Assembly: GCA_041736175.1 (NCBI GenBank)
Contig: JBGSUI010000069.1
Coordinates: 18,923-82,922, forward strand
Origin: Oligoflexales bacterium
Lineage (GTDB): Bacteria > Bdellovibrionota_B > Oligoflexia > Oligoflexales > CAIYRB01
Direction: 5' to 3'
DNA: 64,000 bases
Positions 21,043-30,122 of this stretch are shown here, one piece after another. The translations under genes were made by a program, and so were the position numbers. Numbering within the stretch: the stretch's first letter is position 1; every line of letters starts with the position of its first letter. Below the pieces are notes generated by a model. That model saw only the letters and a list, made by a program, of their open reading frames with translations. It did not search any database and had not been told where the DNA came from.

Positions 21043-22230
21043 TTATTGGCCTGACTTTTGGATGGCCGTTAGTTTGATGTCCTCACATTCTATTTTTTGA
21101 TTTTCAATATTTAATACTGTTAAAATAAGACCCATCGTTCCACTCTGGACCAACTTGTTGGTGGCCTTTAAGTTTGTACCGCAAAACGTTATGCTTTGGG
21201 ATTGGAACAAAGTACCCGCAGTAAAAGGACAATGGAGTATGCTACTGACCAGCCATCCGCTTTTTTGGGTGGCGACGATTTTTTGGGTGACATGGTCTTC
21301 AAAGGGGTTTTGTGGGTTTCCTGCGGGGCAGGCTTTGATGTCAAAGTCTTCATAAAGCTTAAAGGAGTTAGTTCCATGGATAAATTCTGCTTTAGTCCCT
21401 ATCTTAAATTCACGACAGCTATCCATATTTGTATATGGAAAGGGAATCAATAGGAACGCCCCTAACGTTAAGCCTTGGCCACTTCTTCCGGGCTGTATCC
21501 GAATTTTGAAAATATCACCCTTAGAACCTTTATGAACCGACATACGGCAAATTTCTTCGCTTTTTTTGAGCTTGCCCTCAAAAATCTCAACCACTTCCTC
21601 AAGACTTTCGTGGTCAAGGTATAGTGTCGAGATTCCTGGCGCTCTCAGGAAAGGATTTACAGCCCGTGCAAACGTGGGAAGACTTAAAATGTCGACTCCC
21701 TTACTTAAGATTGTCATTCCTTCTACAATCAAGTCTCTATTTGGTCCGTCTACATCGTTTTTAAAATAGACTTTTAAAGGACTTTTATTGGAATCGATCC
21801 AAATAATCTCTAGGTAAAATGGATGAGGTTCCCATTGGGTTCCAGAAAAAACACTGGCAATTTTAGGAACTTCTTTCAATTTATAAAATCTAAATAGTGC
21901 TCCCCATTTAGGATTTTGGGAATCTTTGACCTCAAAGGTCCAATAATTCTCCTGATCACTCGTTTCTCTAAGGAGGACCTGAATGGTGCCTTCGGTTTTG
22001 ATACGGTCCCCAGTGACCATCTGGACTTGGTAAGTCGCTAGGCTTGCTTGGTAGGCCGACACAAAACTACACTTATAAAGCCTGCCTCCTTGGGGGGTGT
22101 TAAGTGTAGAATTACTTGGCACTTTTTTTAATCCATAAGTGCAAGAAGCGAGTCCAATGAAGGAAAAAAGAACAAGACTAAATAAAAGTTCTTTGAAATA
22201 CAGCTCATAAAGCTTTTTATGTCGATTCAT
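21043..22230 (-). CDS. Hypothetical lipoprotein
   Basis: Lipobox LASC, 395-aa ORF, 18 bp upstream of the next lipoprotein gene. Confidence 0.7.
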   Translation of the reverse strand: MNRHKKLYELYFKELLFSLVLFSFIGLASCTYGLKKVPSNSTLNTPQGGRLYKCSFVSAYQASLATYQVQMVTGDRIKTEGTIQVLLRETSDQENYWTFEVKDSQNPKWGALFRFYKLKEVPKIASVFSGTQWEPHPFYLEIIWIDSNKSPLKVYFKNDVDGPNRDLIVEGMTILSKGVDILSLPTFARAVNPFLRAPGISTLYLDHESLEEVVEIFEGKLKKSEEICRMSVHKGSKGDIFKIRIQPGRSGQGLTLGAFLLIPFPYTNMDSCREFKIGTKAEFIHGTNSFKLYEDFDIKACPAGNPQNPFEDHVTQKIVATQKSGWLVSSILHCPFTAGTLFQSQSITFCGTNLKATNKLVQSGTMGLILTVLNIENQKIECEDIKLTAIQKSGQ

Positions 22231-22283
22231 TTTTTTGTTGCCTTAAAGAGATGCTGATTCTCGGTTCCGATCAGCGAGGAATC

Positions 22284-22299
22284 AGCAATAAATGTGCCA
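22284..22299 (-). promoter_or_regulatory. Sigma-54 (-24/-12) promoter
   Basis: TGGCACATTTATTGCT on the minus strand (GG-N10-GC), about 55 bp upstream of ATG 22230. Confidence 0.75.
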
Positions 22300-22366
22300 T
22301 CATGGTGTTTGGCGGGCGCCATGGGGAATCGTAGGTGTCTTTTAGGACCTCTAATTTTAAAGAAAA

Positions 22367-22948
22367 TTAAATAAACTTAGCAAGATACAATTCGTCGACC
22401 CATTGGCCTTCGATTCTAGCGGCTTTGGTGCGAGTCCCTTCCACGGTATAACCGAGGCGCCTATAAAGGTTATAAGCTCGGGTGTTTTCGCTTCGGACAA
22501 GGGCTTCCATCTTGGAAATGCCTATTTTTTGAGCATATCTTTCCATGATGGATAGCATAGCACTCCCGATACCCTGGCCCCACCAGCTTTTTTCGATCAT
22601 CATGCCAAAGCTCCCTAGATGCTGGTACCAAGGGTGGTTGGTATAGGGTAGATGAAAGGCGGCTGTGCCCACAAGTCTTGTCTCGACGGGCCATTCATCT
22701 GAGAAATTCATATGGCAAAAGGCCCCTAAACACAGACTTTTTGCATCGTTAGAGAGAAACTCTAGTTTTTTGCTGGTCTCAGTGGGACTGCTGTAAGTCT
22801 CGTCGACATGGCGCATGGTGTGGTTTGATTCTAGCGCCACCTGCCGGTAGTGCTTGAGGAGCCTCGGACCATCCTCTGGACATAGGGTTCGGATGATCAC
22901 AACCCCCTTATTTTTAGTTTGATGGGATATGGTTGCGAATTTTGCCAC
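22367..22948 (-). CDS. GNAT family N-acetyltransferase
   Basis: WWGQGIGS acetyl-CoA motif, N.RA..LY.RLGY..EG. Confidence 0.9.
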   Translation of the reverse strand: MAKFATISHQTKNKGVVIIRTLCPEDGPRLLKHYRQVALESNHTMRHVDETYSSPTETSKKLEFLSNDAKSLCLGAFCHMNFSDEWPVETRLVGTAAFHLPYTNHPWYQHLGSFGMMIEKSWWGQGIGSAMLSIMERYAQKIGISKMEALVRSENTRAYNLYRRLGYTVEGTRTKAARIEGQWVDELYLAKFI

Positions 22949-23079
22949 GATCTTTGATCCCTCTAGCTTCGAGTTTTGGAGAACCTACTGCGGTCTGCCT
23001 CAAACCACAATGGTCTATTATTTAGGCCCAATTGGATGATCTCAAAATAAGTCCTCGAAATTATGTTTATAAAAATAGT

Positions 23080-23742
23080 TTAGCTTTTATCGGGCTTTTC
23101 ACAAAGCGAGTCTTCATGGATCATGCGGTGGATCGTCCCCACACTAAGTTTTAGTTGTTGAGCGATCTCTTTAAAGGTCTTACCTTCTTCTTTGAGGATC
23201 GTGGCTCGGTTTTTCAAATCAAGATTGGTTTTGATAGGTGCTCCTAATTTGACTCCCCGCTTCCGGGCGGCATCCAGTCCCGCCCGTACCCGAGCGACGA
23301 TAGTCTCACGCTCGATCTCGGCGATTTCGGCAAAGGCAGCCAGCATGGTCCGCCTAAAGGGGTTTTCATGGCCCAGGTTTAGGACGGGTTGAGTCACAGA
23401 GATAAAGGCTACTCCAGCTTCATCTAGGTCAAGCAGCAGCCGAATGGCCGTCGTGGCATGCCGGCTAAATCGGTCAAGTCGATAGCAAATGATGGTGTCT
23501 AATTTGCCAGTCCTGGCATCTATGAGAAGTGCCTGAAAACCTGGGCGGTTGAGTGTCTTTCCGGAGATCCCTTCGTCTTGATAAACGGTGGTCGATTGGG
23601 GGCGACGCTCTTCCGGCAGGGCCTCAAGCCAACCTTGGACAGTATTTATTTGACTGTCTAAATCTTGTCGATCTGTCGACACACGGTAGTAGACAGCCAC
23701 TTTGCCAAGACCATGGGGTCTGGAGTTGGGTTTTTTTGACAT
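23080..23742 (-). CDS. Serine recombinase (resolvase/invertase family) with C-terminal HTH
   Basis: YYRVST..Q catalytic motif, DEGISG, RPG, RLDRFSR, AEIERE.I..R, G.KLG, HTH (EIAQQLKLSVGTIHR). Confidence 0.93.
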   Translation of the reverse strand: MSKKPNSRPHGLGKVAVYYRVSTDRQDLDSQINTVQGWLEALPEERRPQSTTVYQDEGISGKTLNRPGFQALLIDARTGKLDTIICYRLDRFSRHATTAIRLLLDLDEAGVAFISVTQPVLNLGHENPFRRTMLAAFAEIAEIERETIVARVRAGLDAARKRGVKLGAPIKTNLDLKNRATILKEEGKTFKEIAQQLKLSVGTIHRMIHEDSLCEKPDKS

Positions 23743-24028
23743 AGGAATCCCTTAAATGGCCGATTGATCCGTTGTCTAAATCTAGGATATTTTAGAATAC
23801 ATACATGAATTTAGAAAGATACTATACCAGTCACCAGCACATTTCTGACATGAGGTGCGCCCCATCAGATTACCATTTGCACGATTTTATCTTCCTGAAA
23901 AAGGTAAAAATCTTAAGATCCAAATCAAAAGCGCTCCGATGGCTTTATACTTCAAATTTGGTCTAGTGCCAAAGATTTAGAGTCAACCTTCGATTTATTG
24001 AATCCATTGGTCTACCGATACCTTCCCT

Positions 24029-26146
24029 ATGGTTGCAAAGTTTTTTAGCGTTGTTAAAAAAGCATGGAGTCGGGGAATGGATACCTCGATTTCAGGGGAA
24101 TCCTTTGGGGTTTTCTTAGGTCCCAAGGGACTACTCGTCGGAGTTATTCTGGTGTTTTTAGGTCTAACCTGGTTTATCTCCATCAGGATTAGTCGGTATT
24201 TTACCTTCAATGAAATTTACGAGGATCCGACGCTCTTTAACCTGACTGAGTCTCAGGTGCCCTGGGACGTTTATTATGGGAAGTCCCCGGTTTGCGGTGT
24301 TATGGACTGCTTTGCCCGCTCGGATTGGCCAAAGGAAAACTACCAAAAACAAATGGTGCTGCCAGCGCGGGAGTTTCCTCTTAAGGACTATAAACCTGGA
24401 GATATGATTTATCTGAGGACTCGGGTTGAAATTCCGGAAAAGCTAATGGTTTCCGGTGCACCTTTGGCGCTGCATTCTGTATATATTTATGCAAAAAAAT
24501 ATCAATTTTACCTTAATGACCAACTTGTTGCCGAAGGGCCTAGTGAACTCTTTAATATCCCCCTTCCCCGAGACTTGATTCCAGCCAACCGCACGATCAA
24601 CATGGCTTTTGTCATCAATGCTGATGGGTTGAACTCCCAGGGAATCGCCAATCGATACGCGCTGCTGATCGGAAGTAAAGCGACTTTAGGTAAAAAAGCT
24701 TTTCTTGCCGATGAAATGTTAACAACATTTTATTTGTGGTTTTTACTGCCTAAAATAATATTTTGTATTATTTTTTCATTGGTCTATCTCTTCGTTACGC
24801 CTTCTCTTGCCATGTTTTGTTTTATTTTTTATGCGTTCCTGGGGAGTCTCGATACTTTTATGTATTCAGGATTTGCCGTTGAAATGTTGAATCTCTCGAT
24901 AAAATATGATGCATACGGAAATTTGTTTAGGATGTTAAGTGTTCCGTTCCTGATAGGATTTCTTTGGGAACGCCTCGGGACCGGCAAAAACCAAACCCTA
25001 AAGCGGGTTTTCGTTACGGTCTTGAGTATTATCACCGTTTTTGCCACGACCCAAAATTTTTGGAATCATGAAAAAAGCTTTCATTTTTGGCGGATCTCCC
25101 ATGCTCTAGTCTACTTGAGCAGCCTCGCCTATGGAGCTTATCTGTCTAGGGCTAAGAAGCAGTCCGGGATCGATCGTTCCCTTGCCATCTTTTTCGCGAT
25201 TTCGATCCTCCCTGCGGGGCTTCGGCTCTTTCATGTGATTTCTGACTGGCTGGGATTGAACCTTCATATGGGAGTATCTTGGCATTGGATCCACGAATTG
25301 GTGATGTTTGTGGTGTTGACTGCGCTGGCCATTATTGACGTGGGGCGATCGCTTTCGACCAAAGCTATTTTAGAAAAGGAATTGGCAGCCAATGACGAAC
25401 GCATGGAACTTGCCCAATCCGTCCAGCGGATGCTGCTTCCTCGGGAGTTCAGCGGCCAAAACAAAAACATTGATTATCAATTTTTCTATGAACCGGCGGA
25501 AAAAATGTCGGGAGATTGGTTTCACTGCTGGGACTCCCCCCAGGCCACTCATCTTTTGATGGGCGACGTCGTGGGTAAAGGGCCCCAGGCGGCCCTCACG
25601 GTCTCGGTCGTCGCTAGTATCGTGAATGAATGTAAAATTGAGGGCAAAGAGATTGACGAATGCATTGAAAAGATCAATAAACATCTTATTGCTTTTTTTA
25701 ATCGAACCATCACCACTACCTTGACCGTGGTCTCGCTGCGACAAGATCGCAGGATAGAGCTGATCAATGCCGGTACTATAGGCTGGATGACTATGATTGG
25801 CGACAAAGTCGAATATCATCCGTTACGCAGTGGGATTCTAGGCCATCGTGAGACCCTGAATCTAGGGAGAGTTGTGCTAGAGGTCGGGGATGACTTTACC
25901 CTGATGACTTTTACCGACGGTGTGCTCGAAGGCTCAAGGGCATTAAAAAATCTCCGGCAGAAACTCCTAGCAGAAAAATCTCGGCACCCGTCGTTTGAAG
26001 GGCTTTTTAGATTGGTGGTTTCCTGTGGTTTGTCAAGCGTCCTTGTCGACGATAAAACCCTGCTGGTTGTGGGCAGCAAACGTGCAGTTCGCGAAGGTTT
26101 GTCTGCCTATCCGCCTGAAGAATCGGTAGTATCACGAGCTTTATAG
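24029..26146 (+). CDS. Membrane sensor with SpoIIE/PP2C phosphatase domain (7TM-DISM-like)
   Basis: N-terminal TM, periplasmic beta domain, about 7 TMs, then LAQSVQRMLLP, SGDWF, GDVVGKG, NAG, FTDGVLE, DDKT. Confidence 0.88.
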   Translation: MVAKFFSVVKKAWSRGMDTSISGESFGVFLGPKGLLVGVILVFLGLTWFISIRISRYFTFNEIYEDPTLFNLTESQVPWDVYYGKSPVCGVMDCFARSDWPKENYQKQMVLPAREFPLKDYKPGDMIYLRTRVEIPEKLMVSGAPLALHSVYIYAKKYQFYLNDQLVAEGPSELFNIPLPRDLIPANRTINMAFVINADGLNSQGIANRYALLIGSKATLGKKAFLADEMLTTFYLWFLLPKIIFCIIFSLVYLFVTPSLAMFCFIFYAFLGSLDTFMYSGFAVEMLNLSIKYDAYGNLFRMLSVPFLIGFLWERLGTGKNQTLKRVFVTVLSIITVFATTQNFWNHEKSFHFWRISHALVYLSSLAYGAYLSRAKKQSGIDRSLAIFFAISILPAGLRLFHVISDWLGLNLHMGVSWHWIHELVMFVVLTALAIIDVGRSLSTKAILEKELAANDERMELAQSVQRMLLPREFSGQNKNIDYQFFYEPAEKMSGDWFHCWDSPQATHLLMGDVVGKGPQAALTVSVVASIVNECKIEGKEIDECIEKINKHLIAFFNRTITTTLTVVSLRQDRRIELINAGTIGWMTMIGDKVEYHPLRSGILGHRETLNLGRVVLEVGDDFTLMTFTDGVLEGSRALKNLRQKLLAEKSRHPSFEGLFRLVVSCGLSSVLVDDKTLLVVGSKRAVREGLSAYPPEESVVSRAL

Positions 26147-26149
26147 AGA

Positions 26150-27502
26150 TTAGTTTGAAATCTTTTGAAGCTCAGACTGAAAGGTGTTTGAGAAATGTGC
26201 CTCTGGATCTGCGTAAAAAGACTGAAAGACTTGATTGTAACTGACGTTTAGATAGTCCACCGTCGAGGCATTGGGGTCCGCATTGGTATTTTTTCCTGAC
26301 CCAAATATGGTACCCACATTGGAAAGGGGGAGTTTGGACTCAGCCACCACGTCCCCCCAGTAGCTATCACAGGACTCGGTTACGATCACGGGGAAGTTAA
26401 ACCTTGATTCTTTGAGAATCGTCAGGAAAGCTCGCTTGGTAATCCAGCCGTTCTCTTGGCCAAGAGTGGTGCCTAAACTTTCAAACCCTTCGGCTCCGAA
26501 ACCTTCTGCTCCGAAACCTTCAGTTCCAAACCCTTCGGCCCCAAAACCTTCCGCAGAAAATCCTTCGGTCGCAAACCCTTCGGCCCCAAGGCCATCGCCG
26601 CTTCCGAGGAGTGAAAATTTGTTCATCGTGGCCTGACTAGGACATGAAAACTTTGGAACCCTGCCAATTTTTTTCATGTTATCCCAAAATATTTGGACGA
26701 TATTCTTCTGCTTTTCCCGATCGTTTTGCCCTGGGACCTGATTCCAGGTGATTGGAATCCGAGGTGCGACCAAGATACTGTCTAAGTCAGTGAGGTCTTT
26801 TCCATTGGATTTTTGTCCAATATTAGACTTGCCATGGGATTTAATCACAAGGTTAATGCTTGATTTTTCCTTCTTAAAATCGAAGGTGTCGGCTGTTTGA
26901 AGCAGTGCAGCGACAAGGGTTGGGGAATAAACAGCTGGATTTGAGTCAAGCAGGGGATACTTTTGGAGGTTATTGGCGAGAGCACTGCTCTTGAGTGCCG
27001 GAAACTCGACAACCTGGGCTCCACCACCTGGTTTGCAATACAAAAACCTACCTTCTTGAAGGAGCGACGAACGAAAGACGATTAGTCCTAGGTTTTTATT
27101 TTTCGGATTATCGCAGATATTCTTTTTAAGCGCTTCTACTTCGAAGTCAATGAGGCTGGTTAGACAGCTCTTGTCTGCCTCGATGGTCTCACCGTAGGTC
27201 TGGAGATCTGCTGAAAGTTGGTCCAGATCTTTATCGGGCACATTGAGATCCTTAAGAGCCTCCCGATTGTTTTTTAGGGCCGTTACGATGCGGTTGTAGT
27301 CGTTGCTATACTGGCCTTTGACGATGGTTTCGTTGGCATAGTACATCAAGACTTGGCTTTTGTGGCTTTTAGCATCCCCAACGTTAACAGCTTGGATCGC
27401 TTTGGGATAAGAGTTCTCACCCTCCGTATGGGACACCAGGTTGCTGCAGGCAATTGTAAGCCCGAATAAACCTAAAAACGCGAAAAAAGGGGATATCTTC
27501 AT
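26150..27502 (-). CDS. Lipoprotein, putative clan CD (clostripain/caspase-like) cysteine peptidase with internal pentapeptide repeats
   Basis: Lipobox TIAC; VLMYYANET resembles the clostripain first strand; LVIKSHG (His-Gly) and VIVTESC (Cys) dyad-like motifs. Confidence 0.6.
   Translation of the reverse strand: MKISPFFAFLGLFGLTIACSNLVSHTEGENSYPKAIQAVNVGDAKSHKSQVLMYYANETIVKGQYSNDYNRIVTALKNNREALKDLNVPDKDLDQLSADLQTYGETIEADKSCLTSLIDFEVEALKKNICDNPKNKNLGLIVFRSSLLQEGRFLYCKPGGGAQVVEFPALKSSALANNLQKYPLLDSNPAVYSPTLVAALLQTADTFDFKKEKSSINLVIKSHGKSNIGQKSNGKDLTDLDSILVAPRIPITWNQVPGQNDREKQKNIVQIFWDNMKKIGRVPKFSCPSQATMNKFSLLGSGDGLGAEGFATEGFSAEGFGAEGFGTEGFGAEGFGAEGFESLGTTLGQENGWITKRAFLTILKESRFNFPVIVTESCDSYWGDVVAESKLPLSNVGTIFGSGKNTNADPNASTVDYLNVSYNQVFQSFYADPEAHFSNTFQSELQKISN
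26477..26596 (-). repeat. Tandem 15-bp coding repeat (EGF[G/A/S/E][A/T/S]) x7 plus DGLGA
   Basis: Visible directly in DNA (aaaccttc units) and in the protein. Confidence 0.95.
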
Positions 27503-27547
27503 CTGGATTCTCCTCTGGGGTAAAAAAGCGAGGTGCCTAATAATCCC

Positions 27548-27564
27548 TGCAAAAAAAAAGCCAG
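27548..27564 (-). promoter_or_regulatory. Sigma-54 (-24/-12) promoter
   Basis: CTGGCTTTTTTTTTGCA on the minus strand (GG-N10-GC), about 45 bp upstream of ATG 27502. Confidence 0.55.
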
Positions 27565-27897
27565 GGAGAGGCCATTTGAAATCAGGAGTTTTTATATAGG
27601 GATACCTTTATGACTAAAGCTCCTGAGTTGCTGATTGTTGGAGCTTTTGACAGCCATGTGCATTGTCTAAACACTTTTTTAAAAAATGATCGTCTGGCGC
27701 TGTGATCATTTTTAAACAGGAATGTTCATTAATTCTTGGCGATTGACTTGGGTTTATTGGCTGCGGAGTCTAGGTCTCTTGGTAGAGCCTTCAAAACGTT
27801 AAAATGCCTCTTTTTTAAGCACTCAGCTTTAAGCCGGTCGGCTTTCTGGGTTTCACGGCGATTCTAGGCGGCTTTTTAGGGGTTTCCCTACCTTAGC

Positions 27898-27992
27898 CGT
27901 TCAAAAGACACCCAAAAATGCTGTAACTAATTGTTATTATTGAACATAATCGCTAGGCGACCTGCGTTCAAAAGACATCTGTTTTTTGAACG
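27898..27992. other. Candidate recombinase (res-like) binding array
   Basis: CGTTCAAAAGACA twice (27898, 27965), inverted TTTTGAACG at 27984-27992 and TTATTGAAC at 27937-27945. Confidence 0.45.
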
Positions 27993-28324
27993 AAAAGGTG
28001 GCATTTTTGTTTTTTGCAAGGATTTGGGATTTATAACCAACAAAATTGGTCCGTTAGATTACAACAACATCACCATAATTGCTGTTGTAGTATATTTATA
28101 ATCATACAACAACATAATTGTTGCGGTGTTCGATCGGAATGCACAATAAAGAGGCACTTGGACCGGCAAAGTTGGGATCGATAGTTAAAAATATTGGGTG
28201 AACTGAAAACCCACTTTTTTAAAAAAATCCTCAGCGAGGTTGGACTAGGTTTTCAGGTTAAAGAAGTGTAAGTCATCCATTGGATTCGTTGTTAAGGATG
28301 TTTCTGAATACAAGGAGGTTTTTT

Positions 28325-28711
28325 ATGAGATTACAGAATAAGATATTACTCGGTATTTGGTTGGCTTTTCCGGGTGCTGCATTTTCGGCAGCACCTGTAG
28401 AAAACGACGATAATGTCGGCGTCCTTGAGTCACTGCGGCCTGGTCCCCGACCTGGTCCCCGTCCAATTCCTCGGCCGATTCCTCGGCCGATTCCCCGGCC
28501 TATCCCGGTACCGGTCCCAAGACCTTATCCTATTCCAGTGCCGGTTCCTGCCCCAGTACAGTATCGTTGCTTAGCTCAAACTCAGGATGGTCTCAACCAG
28601 TGGAATGGAGTCATCAGTGTAGATTACAATATGGCCAATGACAGTGCCCTTCGTACCTGCGAGCAGAATTCTAGTCAATCATGCTATATCGTGCGTTGCG
28701 ATCAGTTCTAG
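28325..28711 (+). CDS. Small secreted proline-rich repeat protein with C-terminal four-Cys (DUF4189-like) domain
   Basis: AGGAGG SD before ATG 28325; signal peptide ending AFSA; (RPGP)2(RPIP)4 repeats; YRC...ALRTC...SCYIVRC. Confidence 0.8.
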   Translation: MRLQNKILLGIWLAFPGAAFSAAPVENDDNVGVLESLRPGPRPGPRPIPRPIPRPIPRPIPVPVPRPYPIPVPVPAPVQYRCLAQTQDGLNQWNGVISVDYNMANDSALRTCEQNSSQSCYIVRCDQF

Positions 28712-28974
28712 TCAGTAGGGTGTTGCCGAGCTAGCTCGGCCACACCCTTAAAAAGATTGAAAAAAGACTCATGATCAAGCGTAAAGAGCGGTATAGCCTG
28801 TGGAGTTACAAATTCATTAAAATGGGCCTTAGCAAGCTCAACAACATCCACGCTGTCCGTAGCTTCCTTTATTGCATCGTAGCTGTCAGCAAAAGTGCAG
28901 TTTCCATCAAAACTTCTAGGGAAGTCGGGATATTTGTCACGGAAGTTCCAGCCAAGGACATCTGTGGTAAACAT
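28708..28974 (-). CDS. Hypothetical protein (88 aa)
   Basis: Strong AGGAGG SD overlapping the stop of the upstream SEC-C gene; its 3' end overlaps the convergent gene by 4 bp. Confidence 0.55.
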   Translation of the reverse strand: MFTTDVLGWNFRDKYPDFPRSFDGNCTFADSYDAIKEATDSVDVVELAKAHFNEFVTPQAIPLFTLDHESFFNLFKGVAELARQHPTD

Positions 28975-28986
28975 TCTTTTTACCTC

Positions 28987-29847
28987 CTAAGAATTCATGC
29001 AGCATTTCTTGAACTTCTTGCCGCTTCCACATGGACATGGGTCGTTACGACCAACTTTATTTGCGCTCACAGGATCATCTGGGGCCTGGTTTTCCGCGAT
29101 GTACCTACCAAAAAGCGCCTTGATATTATCATGGCGTTTTCGGACCTTTTGCCAGATCTCAGGAATGTCTTGGACCATTGCATCGATGACTGCTTGTGGT
29201 TGAGCCAGCACCTGTTTTGGTTCGTTAACAATATTTACCAGATTGGGATCCTGGTAGGATAGGCGCACGGTGCTGTAGTCCGCTTGATTTTGCCGCCGGT
29301 AGTCAGCCTCAGGAAGTACAAAGGTCAAAAACACTTCAGTGCATGAGCACTTTGGATTGATGCAATAGGAGTCAAAAGCGTCGACACGCTTGCCGCCCAC
29401 GCTAAAACGAAAGGGGGCTGCATGGGGCAGAAAATCCCGGTACCAATAGACCGAACCGTCGCCGTCATCAATAAAGTAGAGCGGTATTTTTTGGATATCC
29501 GCAGTTTCAGTGATTTCTTCTTTGGCTTTGGTGTATACGGTGAGCAGGTCCAGCCATTCTTTCTCGGTGAGTGATCGTGCCATATGTCGGGCAAAGCTTA
29601 AGGCTTTACCGCCTGCATTGCCGAGATCATCGACCTTTCGACTGCGCACTTCGAGGGCAAAGCTGACCTCAGGGTTGGTTCCCTCGCTAGGGGCCAATTT
29701 AAAATGGACTAGTTCGCAAGGGCAAGAGGCCAGATCGCAGACGCTTGTCGTGCCGATGTAGTCTGACCCGGCTAGTGGGCCGGACTCGAATCGAAACCGT
29801 GCTGCTGCCTCAATATCGCCTTCTTTCTTGGGTTTGATCTCTAACAA
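28987..29847 (-). CDS. SEC-C motif zinc-binding domain protein
   Basis: C-terminal [20 protein letters not shown]; two internal Cx4CxC motifs. Confidence 0.88.
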   Translation of the reverse strand: MLEIKPKKEGDIEAAARFRFESGPLAGSDYIGTTSVCDLASCPCELVHFKLAPSEGTNPEVSFALEVRSRKVDDLGNAGGKALSFARHMARSLTEKEWLDLLTVYTKAKEEITETADIQKIPLYFIDDGDGSVYWYRDFLPHAAPFRFSVGGKRVDAFDSYCINPKCSCTEVFLTFVLPEADYRRQNQADYSTVRLSYQDPNLVNIVNEPKQVLAQPQAVIDAMVQDIPEIWQKVRKRHDNIKALFGRYIAENQAPDDPVSANKVGRNDPCPCGSGKKFKKCCMNS

Positions 29848-30122
29848 AATTCAACCTCGTTCATATGGAGGATATTGACAGTAATTTGACATTCATCCTT
29901 CTCGCAGCCCAGTATCAAAATAAATCTGTAAAATCTAGTTCGATTTTTTTTAGCACGGAACCGCCCCGCGGTTGTGGTCGTGTAAATATCCTATATTATT
30001 GGAGCGTATCATGTTTTTGTGGTCAATTGGCATCCTCCAGAGACCCCGTTGTCGGAGAGGCTTTATCCAGAGGGACCTGTCTATTATCAAGGCAGCGACT
30101 GACCCATTTTCGGCCTTCAGCT

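Noticed and set aside
26477-26596. CRISPR array
   Set aside because: 15-bp in-frame coding repeats without spacers; no cas genes. The same applies to the 12-bp repeats at about 28435-28510.
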